From an uncultured Azospirillum sp. (lineage in GTDB: Bacteria > Pseudomonadota > Alphaproteobacteria > RF32 > CAG-239): DNA of 64,000 nucleotides. The position numbers and the translations under genes are program-made. The DNA is taken from NCBI GenBank assembly GCA_902489795.1, contig CABUBU010000004.1, positions 817 through 64,816 on the forward strand, in the 5' to 3' direction. Position 1 is the first letter of the stretch. Every line of letters begins with the position of its first letter. Shown one piece after another: positions 28,399 through 37,633 of this stretch. The notes under the pieces are model-generated. The model saw nothing but the letters and a program-made list of their open reading frames with translations, had not been told where the DNA came from and did no database searches.

Positions 28399-28984
28399 AA
28401 GCCTCTCCAACCTCACCCGCGGCATCGTCCGCGAAAATCCGGTTTTCGTCATGATGCTCGGCATGTGTCCGACCTTGGGCGTTACCACTTCGCTCGAAAA
28501 CGCGCTCGGCATGGGCGTTGCCACCGCCTTTACACTGCTTTTGTCCAACTGCGTTATCTCGCTTTGCAAAAACTTCATCCCCGCCATGGTGCGCATTCCC
28601 TGCTATATCGTACTGATCGCCTCAATCGTCACCGTCATCGACATGATAATGGCCGCCCGGTTACCGGCTCTGCACGCCAAACTGGGGATCTATATTCCGC
28701 TGATCGTGGTCAACTGCATCATTCTCGGCCGGGCAGAAGCATTTGCTTCGAAAAACAACGTTTTTCAATCTTTCCTCGACGCTCTCGGCATGGGCATCGG
28801 TTTTACCCTGGCACTTTCGCTGCTCGGCTCGGTGCGTGAAATTCTGGGCGCCGGCAGCCTGCTCGGCCACAGTCTGATCGGAGAAGAAGGATACCCCGTC
28901 CTGCTGTTTGTCATGCCGCCGGGCGCTTTTCTGGCGCTTGCCGGGCTGATCATTGTCTTCAACCGCCTGCGGGGAGTAAAATAA
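28388..28984 (+). CDS. rnfE: Rnf complex subunit E
   Basis: RENPVFVMMLGMCPTLGVTTSLENALGMG and NCIILGRAEAFA motifs. ATG at 28388. Confidence 0.85.
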   Translation: MKNKSLSNLTRGIVRENPVFVMMLGMCPTLGVTTSLENALGMGVATAFTLLLSNCVISLCKNFIPAMVRIPCYIVLIASIVTVIDMIMAARLPALHAKLGIYIPLIVVNCIILGRAEAFASKNNVFQSFLDALGMGIGFTLALSLLGSVREILGAGSLLGHSLIGEEGYPVLLFVMPPGAFLALAGLIIVFNRLRGVK

Positions 28985-29566
28985 ATGAGCATTACCATGA
29001 TTTTTGTTTCCGCCATTTTGGTCAACAACATCGTCCTGTCGCAGTTTCTGGGCATTTGCCCGTTCCTCGGCGTATCCAAAAAAATCTCTACCGCGGTCGG
29101 CATGGGGCTGGCCGTCATGTTCGTCATGACCATTTCGTCCGTCGCCACTTACCTGATTTACTACCGGCTGCTGGTGCCGTATCATCTTGAATTTATGAAC
29201 ACGGTCGTTTTCATTCTGGTGATCGCCGCTTTGGTACAGATGGTGGAAATCATTATCAAAAAAGTTTCCCCCGCCCTATATCAGGCGCTCGGCATCTATC
29301 TGCCGCTGATTACCACCAACTGCGCGGTCTTGGGCGTTGCCATCCTCTCCATACAAAAAGGCTTTTCGCTGTCGCTTTCGGTCTGCTTCGGCCTGGCCAA
29401 CGCCGCCGGCTTTACTCTCGCCATTGTGCTGATGGCGGGTTTGAGGGAACGCATCAGTCAAAATCAGGACGCCTTGCCGCAATCCGTCCTCGGCGCGCCG
29501 ATCGCCCTCATCACCGCCGCCCTTCTCTCAATGGCTTTCATGGGCTTTTCGGGAATCGGCAACTAA
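28985..29566 (+). CDS. rnfA: Rnf complex subunit A
   Basis: NNIVLSQFLGICPFLGVS and ITTNCAVLGV motifs. Confidence 0.9.
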   Translation: MSITMIFVSAILVNNIVLSQFLGICPFLGVSKKISTAVGMGLAVMFVMTISSVATYLIYYRLLVPYHLEFMNTVVFILVIAALVQMVEIIIKKVSPALYQALGIYLPLITTNCAVLGVAILSIQKGFSLSLSVCFGLANAAGFTLAIVLMAGLRERISQNQDALPQSVLGAPIALITAALLSMAFMGFSGIGN

Positions 29567-29631
29567 ACAATATTCCCGACGAAACCCGCTCCGTCTGTTA
29601 TCATTTTTCTTAAATCATAAGGATAAAGACA

Positions 29632-31239
29632 ATGATAAGCGAACATTCCCTTTGGATTGACAAAATGCAGGATTTTGCCGGCGCTCTCAGACAAGAAGCG
29701 GAAGCGCCGGAAATTGCCAGACCGCAGACCGTCTACCTGGTTGACCATGATCGTCTGGAAAGGGAATTTTTGCACCGAAAGGCGGACAACGAACTTTGCG
29801 GCCTCGGCTCGGACGACGAACGGCTGAAGTTTGAAACCGCCCGGCGGGCGCTGCGGAGTTTCGGCGTTTCCGACCGGGAAACGGAACAAGCTTACCAAAA
29901 CTTTCAGCGGCAGACACAACAATCCGGCAGCCGAGGGGAAATATCTTACGAACAGTTTGTCGCCGGCTTTTACAACCTCGGCAACAACACGAACTTTATC
30001 ACGATGTTTGACCGTTCTTTTATTTTTCTTGACAACAAGGAAAAAAACATGGCTGCAAGCGGCAAAATCATGTTTTCCGGCGTTTCGCCGGAACTGCGGG
30101 AGGCTCTGAACGGCGTCGACATTTTTGAAGTGAGCAAAAAACGCGGACTGTATCACGAAGCCGTTCATTGCACGGGAACCGACAACGAAGCTTATTGCGA
30201 CGCGTTTGCCTGCCTGAAAATCGTACAGGAGCACTCCAACCCGGCAATCGCAGACTTTCTTGCCAACGCGCGCCTGAACGGCATGATGTATCCTCTGGCG
30301 GTTATGAGCGCCCGGTTGCGCAGCGACGACAAAGAGGGCGCCGACAAATGGCGATCTTATATTATGAACCCTGCCCTGAAACAAATAAAAAACCGCACCC
30401 GATCCCTGTGGCGGAACGGAAAACTGTCGGCCTTAAACGATCGGGAACTGCTGGCAGAAGCCCTGACGATTTCACAAACCGCTCAATATTCACCGGAAAC
30501 CATGCAGGAACTGGACGAGGCGCTTGCCGCCCCGCTGACTTTCGAAAGTTTGAAAAACACGACCGTTATTAAAGACACGTTTGCATTGGCGGGTATTGCC
30601 GACGAGCAGGCGCAAAAACGCTTTTTGGAAGACGGGCTGATTTACAACGGCATGTTCAGAGTGCTGTGCGACGGCGGAAAAGACATTGAAAAGGAAGTTT
30701 TAAATCATCCGCAAAGATGGGAACAGGCCCGCCGGATCATGCGGAAATGGGGGATGGACGAAGAACGGCAAAGAGAATTTCTCAACCGCAACCGACAAAC
30801 GGAAAACAACAACGACGCGGAAAAGAAACTGCTTCTGCTGCGCGGACAAAAATTCATCAACGAAGAAGGCGACACACTCAAAAAACAATATCCCGGCCTT
30901 TCCCTTCGGGAACTGCAATATCAACTGACACACCGCTTCATCGACTACAATTTAGAACAGATATCCGCCGTAGGATTACGGTTCAGACAAAATCCCCGGC
31001 TTTATTTTGACCGGGCAGAAGCCGGCAAAAGTTCCTCCCTTTGCCGTTTATACCTGCAACAGGCAACAGCCTCCGCAGAGATCGTAAACAACTGCCTGAC
31101 CGGCCACAACCGTTCAATTGCCGGAAAACACTCTGTCAAAGAGCAGGAAAGCCGGCTTCCCCTTTACGAATACACTTATCCTCATATGTCAAAGCAGTCC
31201 GCCGCTGGAAAGGCGCTTGCCGATCAGCTTGAAAAATAA
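29632..31239 (+). CDS. hypothetical 535-aa protein containing an HExxH motif
   Basis: GLYHEAVHCTGTDNEAYCDAFAC (HEAVH). No other recognisable domain. Lies between the rnf operon and the prophage junction. Confidence 0.5.
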   Translation: MISEHSLWIDKMQDFAGALRQEAEAPEIARPQTVYLVDHDRLEREFLHRKADNELCGLGSDDERLKFETARRALRSFGVSDRETEQAYQNFQRQTQQSGSRGEISYEQFVAGFYNLGNNTNFITMFDRSFIFLDNKEKNMAASGKIMFSGVSPELREALNGVDIFEVSKKRGLYHEAVHCTGTDNEAYCDAFACLKIVQEHSNPAIADFLANARLNGMMYPLAVMSARLRSDDKEGADKWRSYIMNPALKQIKNRTRSLWRNGKLSALNDRELLAEALTISQTAQYSPETMQELDEALAAPLTFESLKNTTVIKDTFALAGIADEQAQKRFLEDGLIYNGMFRVLCDGGKDIEKEVLNHPQRWEQARRIMRKWGMDEERQREFLNRNRQTENNNDAEKKLLLLRGQKFINEEGDTLKKQYPGLSLRELQYQLTHRFIDYNLEQISAVGLRFRQNPRLYFDRAEAGKSSSLCRLYLQQATASAEIVNNCLTGHNRSIAGKHSVKEQESRLPLYEYTYPHMSKQSAAGKALADQLEK

Positions 31240-31278
31240 GCAGAGAAATGTCCCATAAATGATAATCTGTTATTCGCT

Positions 31279-31334
31279 AAACAGATATCCCCGGCAAACC
31301 GGAGGATCTATAGCAGCTATAAAGCTAACGTTTT
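31279..31334 (+). repeat. 56-nt intergenic motif, copy B (copy A at 16040-16095)
   Basis: See copy A. The palindrome TATAGC-A-GCTATA here versus TACAGC-A-GCTGCA in copy A includes a paired C:G to T:A change. Confidence 0.5.
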
Positions 31335-31581
31335 ACCCACGGTCAAAGGTGTGAAGCAGTGTCTAACGACACCTTAGCATGCGGCACAGGGCAAACTCGG
31401 GGTGAATACTGAGGCATACAATAAAATTTACTACAAAGTGCCGCAAAAAAGCTCTCCCCTTTTTTGAGCTTGATCACCCAGCCTCACTGTGTCCCGACAA
31501 TAACGGCTTTTATAATAACGGGACATGCCCCGGATCCAGATGCATAAAAAAATCCCTGCAGAAATGCAGAGATTTTTTAAA

Positions 31582-31626
31582 TGGTAGGCGCGTGGAGGCT
31601 CGAACTCCAGACCCACTGATTAAGAG
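31582..31626 (-). other. 3' fragment of tRNA-Lys(CUU): anticodon loop to CCA; candidate prophage attachment-site core
   Basis: Minus strand CTCTTAATCAGTGGGTCTGGAGTTCGAGCCTCCACGCGCCTACCA = anticodon loop CTCTTAA, 3' anticodon stem, variable loop, T-arm TGGAG-TTCGAGC-CTCCA, acceptor 3' strand, A73, CCA. The D-arm and 5' acceptor are absent. Very AT-rich phage DNA follows. Confidence 0.7.
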
Positions 31627-31742
31627 TAATAAACCCTTATTTTATTTTATACATATAAATCAAACAATTAAAAAACAACAAGAAGCAAATTGTGCAAAAT
31701 TTGTACAACTTTACTTTCTGTATCACCTCTCCCAACATCAAA

Positions 31743-31931
31743 TCACCGCCAGTAATCATGGACTTGATAATCCGGCGGGTTATTCAGCTTCTCTCGTATT
31801 TTTTCAAGCTTTTCCCTATACAAAGTTTCTTCGTCCCTTTTCCAGTCATAGTAATTTTGCCCGCGGTGATTAAACAAGCATACCGGATCAACACGGTTGG
31901 CCAGATCCGGCCGATATATCCAAATCTTCAT
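31743..31931 (-). CDS. hypothetical small phage protein (62 aa)
   Basis: MKIWIYRPDLANRV... start chosen inside ORF 31743..32066. Its ATG overlaps the o-spanin stop. Confidence 0.4.
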   Translation of the reverse strand: MKIWIYRPDLANRVDPVCLFNHRGQNYYDWKRDEETLYREKLEKIREKLNNPPDYQVHDYWR

Positions 31932-32161
31932 TTTCCGCACACCTCCAGCTCCTGCCGAAGTTTGTCGATCCGGCCGATCCATTCCCAGGTGTTCGGAAAT
32001 TCCGAATAGCTGGCGTTTTCCAATTCTGCCGCCACCTTTTCGCCCGCAACCGGATAAACCGGACAACCCGGACTATAGCCGACCGGCGCGCATGAGCTTA
32101 AGCAGATCATCACGGCCGGCATTAGGCTTAGCATGAATTTCCGCCTTCTTCTTTTCAACAT
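31928..32161 (-). CDS. o-spanin (outer-membrane lipoprotein spanin component)
   Basis: Lipobox LSSC after a signal peptide. The gene starts inside the 3' end of the i-spanin gene in another frame (overlapped spanin architecture). Confidence 0.6.
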   Translation of the reverse strand: MLKRRRRKFMLSLMPAVMICLSSCAPVGYSPGCPVYPVAGEKVAAELENASYSEFPNTWEWIGRIDKLRQELEVCGK

Positions 32162-32303
32162 ATCGGATTACCTCCACTTGTTTCTCCACCACTTGAACTC
32201 TGGCCTTGCTCCGGCCGACTTCCTGCCCTACCTCGTAAAAGGCAAAGCAGAGGGCGGCAACCATCACAAAAGTTACCGCCCAGCGTATCAATCGGTTTAC
32301 CAT
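32073..32303 (-). CDS. i-spanin (Rz-like, N-terminal TM + periplasmic coiled coil)
   Basis: MVNRLIRWAVTFVMVAALCFAFY TM followed by a charged helical region. Located downstream of the endolysin. Confidence 0.55.
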   Translation of the reverse strand: MVNRLIRWAVTFVMVAALCFAFYEVGQEVGRSKARVQVVEKQVEVIRYVEKKKAEIHAKPNAGRDDLLKLMRAGRL

Positions 32304-32452
32304 AGCAGCCCCGCCAGCCCGAACCGCCACGCACAGATGCCGACAACAATCAACATACCCCACAGCAGCCAGTAAATTCGCCGATTTTTCAAGGCCAGCT
32401 CAATCAGCCACCGCCAAAACCGGTACCGGCAGTTTTTGTGTTCTTTTTCCAT
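32297..32452 (-). CDS. 51-aa membrane protein (holin/pinholin candidate)
   Basis: Hand-translated: MEKEHKNCRYRFWRWLIELALKNRRIYWLLWGMLIVVGICAWRFGLAGLLW. The ATG overlaps the endolysin TGA by 1 nt, and the stop overlaps the i-spanin ATG (ATGGTAA). Confidence 0.4.
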   Translation of the reverse strand: MEKEHKNCRYRFWRWLIELALKNRRIYWLLWGMLIVVGICAWRFGLAGLLW

Positions 32453-32850
32453 CAGTCAATCCCCTTAAAAAACAAATGATGCCCGCAAACATAACAAGGC
32501 TTCATGCCGGCAGCCCATTTAGGCACCGCGCAAACTTTCGGATTATAGTAGTGTGTCGCGCCACCGGTCGGATCCGGCTCAAATTCCGCCTCTTCAATCA
32601 ACTCAATATACGGTTTAAGCTCAATATAAGTCAGTTCTTCCATCTTCGCCCGGTTCGGATCGGTTTTGTTCCAACAAGAATATTGCCAGGGCTTTTTGCA
32701 AGTCGCCGCAATTGTCTTGCCCGCAAACCACCGCCCCGACTTAAAACGATTAAAGACGGTATGAATTACCGCCTTTTGTCCTTCCGTCCCCTCGCCTCTG
32801 GCCTCGCCCCACACGGTTCGCGCCAGCGTCAAAATGTCTTCTTCCCTCAC
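32452..32850 (-). CDS. endolysin, SleB-type cell-wall hydrolase (Hydrolase_2 family)
   Basis: ILTLARTVWGEARGEGTEGQKAVIHTVFNR ... QYSCWN ... GATHYY motifs. Confidence 0.8.
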   Translation of the reverse strand: MREEDILTLARTVWGEARGEGTEGQKAVIHTVFNRFKSGRWFAGKTIAATCKKPWQYSCWNKTDPNRAKMEELTYIELKPYIELIEEAEFEPDPTGGATHYYNPKVCAVPKWAAGMKPCYVCGHHLFFKGID

Positions 32851-33101
32851 AGCTTTTCTCCTCTCTTCTTTTTGGCTTTGTCCTCAAACATCAAATCCAA
32901 CTTAACCTTCAGTTCCGTCAGCAGTTGCGTTTGCACATCGTTTTTCCGCAAAAGCTCGCCGATTGAACGTTCAAACGCATCCATCCGTTTTTCCAGATTG
33001 TCAACTTTCGTTTCCTGCCTTGCTTTCCACTCCCCCATTCTGATAAAGTTGCACAAAACGCCGATTAATGCCGATATTCCGGCAAACAAACTCCAATCCA
33101 T
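32847..33101 (-). CDS. single-TM + coiled-coil protein (holin/antiholin candidate)
   Basis: MDWSLFAGISALIGVLCNFI TM then charged helix. 4-nt overlap with the endolysin start. Confidence 0.4.
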   Translation of the reverse strand: MDWSLFAGISALIGVLCNFIRMGEWKARQETKVDNLEKRMDAFERSIGELLRKNDVQTQLLTELKVKLDLMFEDKAKKKRGEKL

Positions 33102-33147
33102 TACTTTTTTTCTCCAACAAAAAAGGGAGCGTTTCCGCTCCCCGTCG

Positions 33148-33360
33148 TTACAGTTCCTCACCGTGCTCATGATGTTTCATCATCCAAATTGTCTTGGCTT
33201 CCGACTTCATCATGTGGCCAACGGTTTTGGCCATGTCGGCCACCGTTTCGGACGAGATTTTCTCGCCCTTGTCCAGTTTGGCCTCGATTTTATCCAGCAG
33301 TTTCTCGCCGACATCGCTCAATCTGCTGTAAAAATCCTCATGTTCGGTTAAAGTTTTCAT
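33148..33360 (-). CDS. hypothetical phage protein (70 aa)
   Basis: ORF in operon context, overlapping the stop/start of the upstream gene. Confidence 0.4.
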   Translation of the reverse strand: MKTLTEHEDFYSRLSDVGEKLLDKIEAKLDKGEKISSETVADMAKTVGHMMKSEAKTIWMMKHHEHGEEL

Positions 33361-33686
33361 TTCATGACTCCTGCTATTTTTTGGATCAGCGGCGCCGCCT
33401 GCTGATAAATCTCTATCAGACGAAATTTTCCATCAGGCACAATTGCCGCCAGATTACCCGAAAGATATTGTTTAATTTTGGAACCTTCGATTTTTCCCTG
33501 ATCATCCATCAGCGGCCGCACCAGATGTTCAAATTTATCAATATATTTCTGGACTTGTCCGGAAATATTGACTTTGAAGATACCGGATCCGACCGTCATG
33601 TGTTCGGAGGAAACACCGCCGAACAAATCGGTTAAAATCTCTTGTTCAAAAAGATCAAGCTCAGTTTGCTTCAGGGATTCAATCAT
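33357..33686 (-). CDS. hypothetical phage protein (109 aa)
   Basis: ORF with coupled overlaps on both sides. Confidence 0.45.
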   Translation of the reverse strand: MIESLKQTELDLFEQEILTDLFGGVSSEHMTVGSGIFKVNISGQVQKYIDKFEHLVRPLMDDQGKIEGSKIKQYLSGNLAAIVPDGKFRLIEIYQQAAPLIQKIAGVMK

Positions 33687-34078
33687 AACAGCCTGTCTCC
33701 CCGTTCGGCACGAAGTTCGGCCAGTTGCCGGCGCAGTTCTTCGTTTTCTTTTTCCAAACCCGCCGCATGCCGGCCGAACTCTTGGGCCGTGTTCGCCACC
33801 ACGTCGATATATTCTTCCGCCAAAGCGGCAAACACGGGAATTTGCACAAACTCGTCCTTGAAGCGCTCAAACAGCCAGTCGTTGAAAGTTGCCATCATCT
33901 GCTGTCGCTTGGACAAGGCTTTCTCATCGCCGTTGACAAACGCCTGCTGATCGTTCGACATCTTGTTGACCAACTCATCAAAACGCTGCCATACCGGCGC
34001 CCGCACCGGAGCGCTGCCCTGGCTTTCTATCTGATAAAGCTTTTGCTTAAATTCCTCGATTGCGTCGATTTTTCCCAT
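33683..34078 (-). CDS. hypothetical phage protein with C-terminal coiled coil (131 aa)
   Basis: MGKIDAIEEFKQKLY start chosen inside ORF 33683..34165. LEKENEELRRQLAELRAE heptads. Confidence 0.45.
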   Translation of the reverse strand: MGKIDAIEEFKQKLYQIESQGSAPVRAPVWQRFDELVNKMSNDQQAFVNGDEKALSKRQQMMATFNDWLFERFKDEFVQIPVFAALAEEYIDVVANTAQEFGRHAAGLEKENEELRRQLAELRAERGDRLL

Positions 34079-34095
34079 GATGCCGCTCCCCTTTG

Positions 34096-34674
34096 CTAGG
34101 CTGCCGGAGTGCTCGAATCTGTCGGCGCTTTCCAGTCGTTGTACCGCGGCATGGCTGCCGGACAAAGATTATCAAGCGGCATTACCAGCTTGCCAGGAAC
34201 AAAAGTAGCATTGCAGTAACACAGAATTTCGTTTTTGGTCGTGTCGATGCGGTTATTGAGATAGGCGAAGTTGTCAACCGTCGCCTGCTTGTCAACCGCC
34301 ACCTGCTTGTCCAAAGCGGCAAAGGCTGCCGCCAGCTCTTTGTAGTTGGCGTTGATTTTGTCGTCGTTTTTATTCGACAACGCAATCGCCTCTTTATAAA
34401 CGTCAATGCCGACGCTGTCTGTATAACGTTCGGCTTCCAGTTTGGCAATATGTGCTTCCAAAGCCGAAATCACCCGGCTGTCACCAACCGCGGTTGCGCC
34501 GGCTGCAACGGCACCGGCATTTCCCAGACCGCCGAACAGACCGCCCAGCAAACCACCACCGTTTGAAAGCTGGTTAACCAGCGCCACAGTTCCCGGAATA
34601 GCCAGACCAAGAGCGGCTCCGGCCAGTCCTTTAGAGGCGACGGACTTCTCTCCGTCTGCTGTTTTAATCATCAT
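34096..34674 (-). CDS. hypothetical phage protein: glycine-zipper segment + coiled coil + Cys-containing C-terminus
   Basis: GLAGAALGLAIPGTVALVNQLSNGGGLLGGLFGGLGNAGAVAAGATAVG. GGAGA RBS before the ATG at 34674. Confidence 0.45.
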   Translation of the reverse strand: MMIKTADGEKSVASKGLAGAALGLAIPGTVALVNQLSNGGGLLGGLFGGLGNAGAVAAGATAVGDSRVISALEAHIAKLEAERYTDSVGIDVYKEAIALSNKNDDKINANYKELAAAFAALDKQVAVDKQATVDNFAYLNNRIDTTKNEILCYCNATFVPGKLVMPLDNLCPAAMPRYNDWKAPTDSSTPAA

Positions 34675-34800
34675 GATCGTTTCTCCATTTTTGTTAAACA
34701 ATGAAGAAAGCCTTCGAAAACTTATTTATAAAAATAACCCCGGACACTTTCTTCATATCCAGAGTAACCGCCACAATAATCATAAAGAACGCCGCCGGTT

Positions 34801-35076
34801 CTACTTTCCGGGACACTCCAAGAGCCTTGAAATATAAGCCGTTAAAAGATCAGCGGACATTTCGAGGGCTTTGTTATACCGGCGGGAAATCGTTTTGACT
34901 TCCCGCCCTGCGTCAAAAGCAATTTGCTTTTGCGGAATTTTCAAAACATCAACCTCAATCAAAATTTTCTTTTGCTCTTCCAGCAACGGAAACGAATTGA
35001 TCAAATCGACCGCTCTTTCTTTCGACATCCGTTGAAATATAAATTTTGCAAACTCCTTTTTGACCGCAGACCGCAT
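34801..35076 (-). CDS. small HTH protein (sigma-70 region-4-like), possible phage regulator
   Basis: EQKKILIEVDVLKIPQKQIAFDAGREVKTISRRYNKAL. Start MRSAVKK chosen inside ORF 34801..35181. Confidence 0.35.
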   Translation of the reverse strand: MRSAVKKEFAKFIFQRMSKERAVDLINSFPLLEEQKKILIEVDVLKIPQKQIAFDAGREVKTISRRYNKALEMSADLLTAYISRLLECPGK

Positions 35077-35086
35077 AAGACCTCCA

Positions 35087-35443
35087 TCACTTCCACCCCT
35101 TTGAAATCTGGTATAATTCAACAAAGGCATAAACCACCCACGGCTTCCATGAGGTATACCAGCGTTCTCCCAGCCCGGCATTTTTCCAGAGCTTCAGCAA
35201 AATTGACGTTGCTTCCCGCCGGCGGTACTTTTCTTTGTGCCCGCACATAAAATCGTGTACGCAGGCCGCCTCGATCCCTTCTTTCAGCTCGTTGTGCGTA
35301 AACATCCACATCACGAACCACGGCACCGAAACGCCGTCAAAAACAAAACCGGCGGGAACTTTCACCCCCTGCCGGCTTAACTTATCTAAGGTAATATATT
35401 TCTTGCGCCCGTATACGGCAAATAACAGCTTTTCCATATTCAC
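35087..35443 (-). CDS. DUF1353-family phage protein
   Basis: PAGFVFDGVSVPWF ... AACVHDFMC matches the DUF1353 pattern (f-x-t-D-G-a-S-x-P ... H-D-x-x-y). Confidence 0.6.
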   Translation of the reverse strand: MNMEKLLFAVYGRKKYITLDKLSRQGVKVPAGFVFDGVSVPWFVMWMFTHNELKEGIEAACVHDFMCGHKEKYRRREATSILLKLWKNAGLGERWYTSWKPWVVYAFVELYQISKGWK

Positions 35444-35507
35444 CTCACAAAAAAAGCCAGAGCATCAGCCCCAGCCATAAAATAATTAAAAACCTGACAA
35501 ACATCGT

Positions 35508-36989
35508 TCAAGCACCGCCCATAACCCAGCGTTCAGCTTTCTCCTGCGCGGTTATCTGCAATTCGGTCAGTCCCAAATAATCGTTGTCTCTTCCCTGACC
35601 GGAGGATGTATAGAAACGATGATACTTGTGCCAACTTGGGTTGGTTATGCTGAAAGACCAGTTGCCGCCCGCCGTGGTGTTGGTGTTGGTTCCGCTTGCG
35701 ACATCAACCCACGTCGTTCCATTGTCCGAAACCTGAAATTTCCAGTCAAGCGGCAAAACATTATCCCCGCCGTTATAAACCGTGACTGATGATACTTTCA
35801 AAGGGTGCGGATTATAGAACTCAAGCCAATGCGGTTGCCCGCTGCCGGAGTGCCATTGGTCATTTTCCGTGTCCTCTAACACGGTATTCCCGTCAAAAGC
35901 CTTCCAAGCTGCCCGATATGTATTGTTTTCGCTGTCCGCCTCAACGGCAAAGCTGTCTCCGCCAACCGTTCCGTTGCCGGTAAGAACGGGTTGCTCAAAA
36001 TCCGAAACAATTTCTTTTTTTACAATATGCGCCGGCAAGCTCAAATCCGCCGTTTCTGTCATGTCCGCATAGCCTTCCGGACGATCGAACGTGTCATCCG
36101 GCGACAACAGATAAAGCGCCGGCTTGCCCGCCCCCGTCAAAAGATACATCTTCAGATCAACCGCCGAACCTTCGTCAACGTAATTAATCAGATTGCCGCC
36201 CTCGGCATACGGCTTCATAATCAGCGTCTGCGCCTCGATAACTTCTCCTTCATGATAAAAAGGCTGCGTAATCAACTTCATATAATCGGTCAGAGAAACC
36301 CTGACTTCCGGCGTCATGTTGGCCGAGGATAACGTGCAGAAAACATTACCGCCGACAACCTCCAGACGAAGTTCCGAAAGACCGCTATAAACGCTGTCAT
36401 TCTCCAGCATATAGTACGTGTAAGCCGTATCGGCTCCAACTTCCAACTCGCTTAAAGACGCCGCCGAGGCCGGCATTTTCAATTCCTTTACCAGCGTCAT
36501 CAGCGAAGTGTCTCCCAGATAATCCGCTTCGTTGGTCGCATATATCCTCAAAGTCTGCCTGTCTCCTGCAACTTTTATACTTTTCAACATAACCGGCCGG
36601 CTAAACTTAAAATATTTCGGCTGCGCAAAATTGCCGGACGTGGTAAAGTTGTTGTCAAACCACGGAATCCAGCCGCCGCCGTACGCGGTACAATAGGTTG
36701 CAAACTCATATCTTGAGGCTTTGAAACCTTCCAGATCGTCAACAAAATTAAACGGAAATGTTTTCCAACCGGCTTCCGTCATCTCGTCGACCGGATAGCT
36801 CTTTGCCTTCGTCGTATTTTCAAAAATATACGACGCCGCGCTTTTCCCGCCCTCAATCTCCGCAATCTTTTCCGCATACGCCCGAAAAGTCACCTCGTCG
36901 CCGACCTCAACCCCTTTTTTGACAATTGCCGACCTGATTGCGCTTTTGGTCCCGGCAATATAGCGGATTTTTTCAACCACCGTCCCCAT
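35508..36989 (-). CDS. tail fibre / receptor-binding protein with C-terminal F5/8 type C (discoidin-like) carbohydrate-binding domain
   Basis: AAWKAFDGNTVLEDTENDQWHSGSGQPHWLEFYNPHPLKVSSVTVYNGG...YLGLTELQI. The start overlaps the stop of the fibre N-terminal gene. Confidence 0.65.
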   Translation of the reverse strand: MGTVVEKIRYIAGTKSAIRSAIVKKGVEVGDEVTFRAYAEKIAEIEGGKSAASYIFENTTKAKSYPVDEMTEAGWKTFPFNFVDDLEGFKASRYEFATYCTAYGGGWIPWFDNNFTTSGNFAQPKYFKFSRPVMLKSIKVAGDRQTLRIYATNEADYLGDTSLMTLVKELKMPASAASLSELEVGADTAYTYYMLENDSVYSGLSELRLEVVGGNVFCTLSSANMTPEVRVSLTDYMKLITQPFYHEGEVIEAQTLIMKPYAEGGNLINYVDEGSAVDLKMYLLTGAGKPALYLLSPDDTFDRPEGYADMTETADLSLPAHIVKKEIVSDFEQPVLTGNGTVGGDSFAVEADSENNTYRAAWKAFDGNTVLEDTENDQWHSGSGQPHWLEFYNPHPLKVSSVTVYNGGDNVLPLDWKFQVSDNGTTWVDVASGTNTNTTAGGNWSFSITNPSWHKYHRFYTSSGQGRDNDYLGLTELQITAQEKAERWVMGGA

Positions 36990-37567
36990 CAGATCACCTC
37001 CCCGTTAATCTCGTCCGCAAGCGTTCCCAACTCATTAACCACCGCTTCGGCCCGTTCAACCAGCGCAGTTGCTGTTGCTGCCGCCGCTACTGCTTCGTTC
37101 GCCGCCGCCTGCGCCGCGTTCTTATACTTGAGCACCGTTTCCACAATGTTTTGCGGATCATCGCCGGAAACCGGATCCACCAACAACGCGCGGGAGAGCT
37201 GCTCCTGCAGCTCCTGCAAATTCATGAAAACCCCATCAAACGAATCCTCCAGCTGCTCCATATCAAACAACTGGCCGTTGATATAATCCGCTTCCTGCAA
37301 AAACGGTTTGTTGCGCAAAACCGCCAGCTTCACGTTTTCCGCCGGCGGCGCCGCAAACACCACCTTGCCCGTGATTTCCTCGCCGCTGCCCGCCACCGTA
37401 TAATCGGTACCTTCCGTCAAAACCTTCAACGCGTCGCCGCTGCCGGAATAAACCTTTATCTGCGCGGTACCGTCTTTGTTCCTGTAAAACTTAAACGGCA
37501 CCGGAAATTCCAAAGCCGTCCCGTCCGCCACATAATTGACTTTGCTCACATCCGAAAATAAAGTCAT
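36989..37567 (-). CDS. tail fibre proximal (T7 gp17 N-terminal-like adaptor) protein
   Basis: VNYVADGTALEFPVPFKFYRNKDGTAQIKVY ... TDYTV ... VVFAAPPAENVKLAVLRNKP resembles the Phage_T7_tail N-terminal pattern, followed by a coiled coil. Confidence 0.6.
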   Translation of the reverse strand: MTLFSDVSKVNYVADGTALEFPVPFKFYRNKDGTAQIKVYSGSGDALKVLTEGTDYTVAGSGEEITGKVVFAAPPAENVKLAVLRNKPFLQEADYINGQLFDMEQLEDSFDGVFMNLQELQEQLSRALLVDPVSGDDPQNIVETVLKYKNAAQAAANEAVAAAATATALVERAEAVVNELGTLADEINGEVI

Positions 37568-37633
37568 CTATCACTCCATAAAATAAGCCGCCCCAAAGGA
37601 CGGCCGGTTACAAAAAACATAAACTCATATAAA

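Noticed and set aside
31381-31444. Possible c-di-GMP-I (GEMM) riboswitch: GCGGCAC...GTGCCGC stem enclosing CACAGGGCAAAC
   Set aside because: Only the first-half motif (AGGGCAAAC) is present. The second conserved ACGCAAAGC-type half and the tetraloop/receptor arrangement are missing, and no gene follows on the plus strand.
31431-31616. 61-aa minus-strand ORF overlapping the tRNA-Lys fragment
   Set aside because: It overlaps the tRNA-derived att core and intergenic hairpins. There is no RBS and the composition is implausible.
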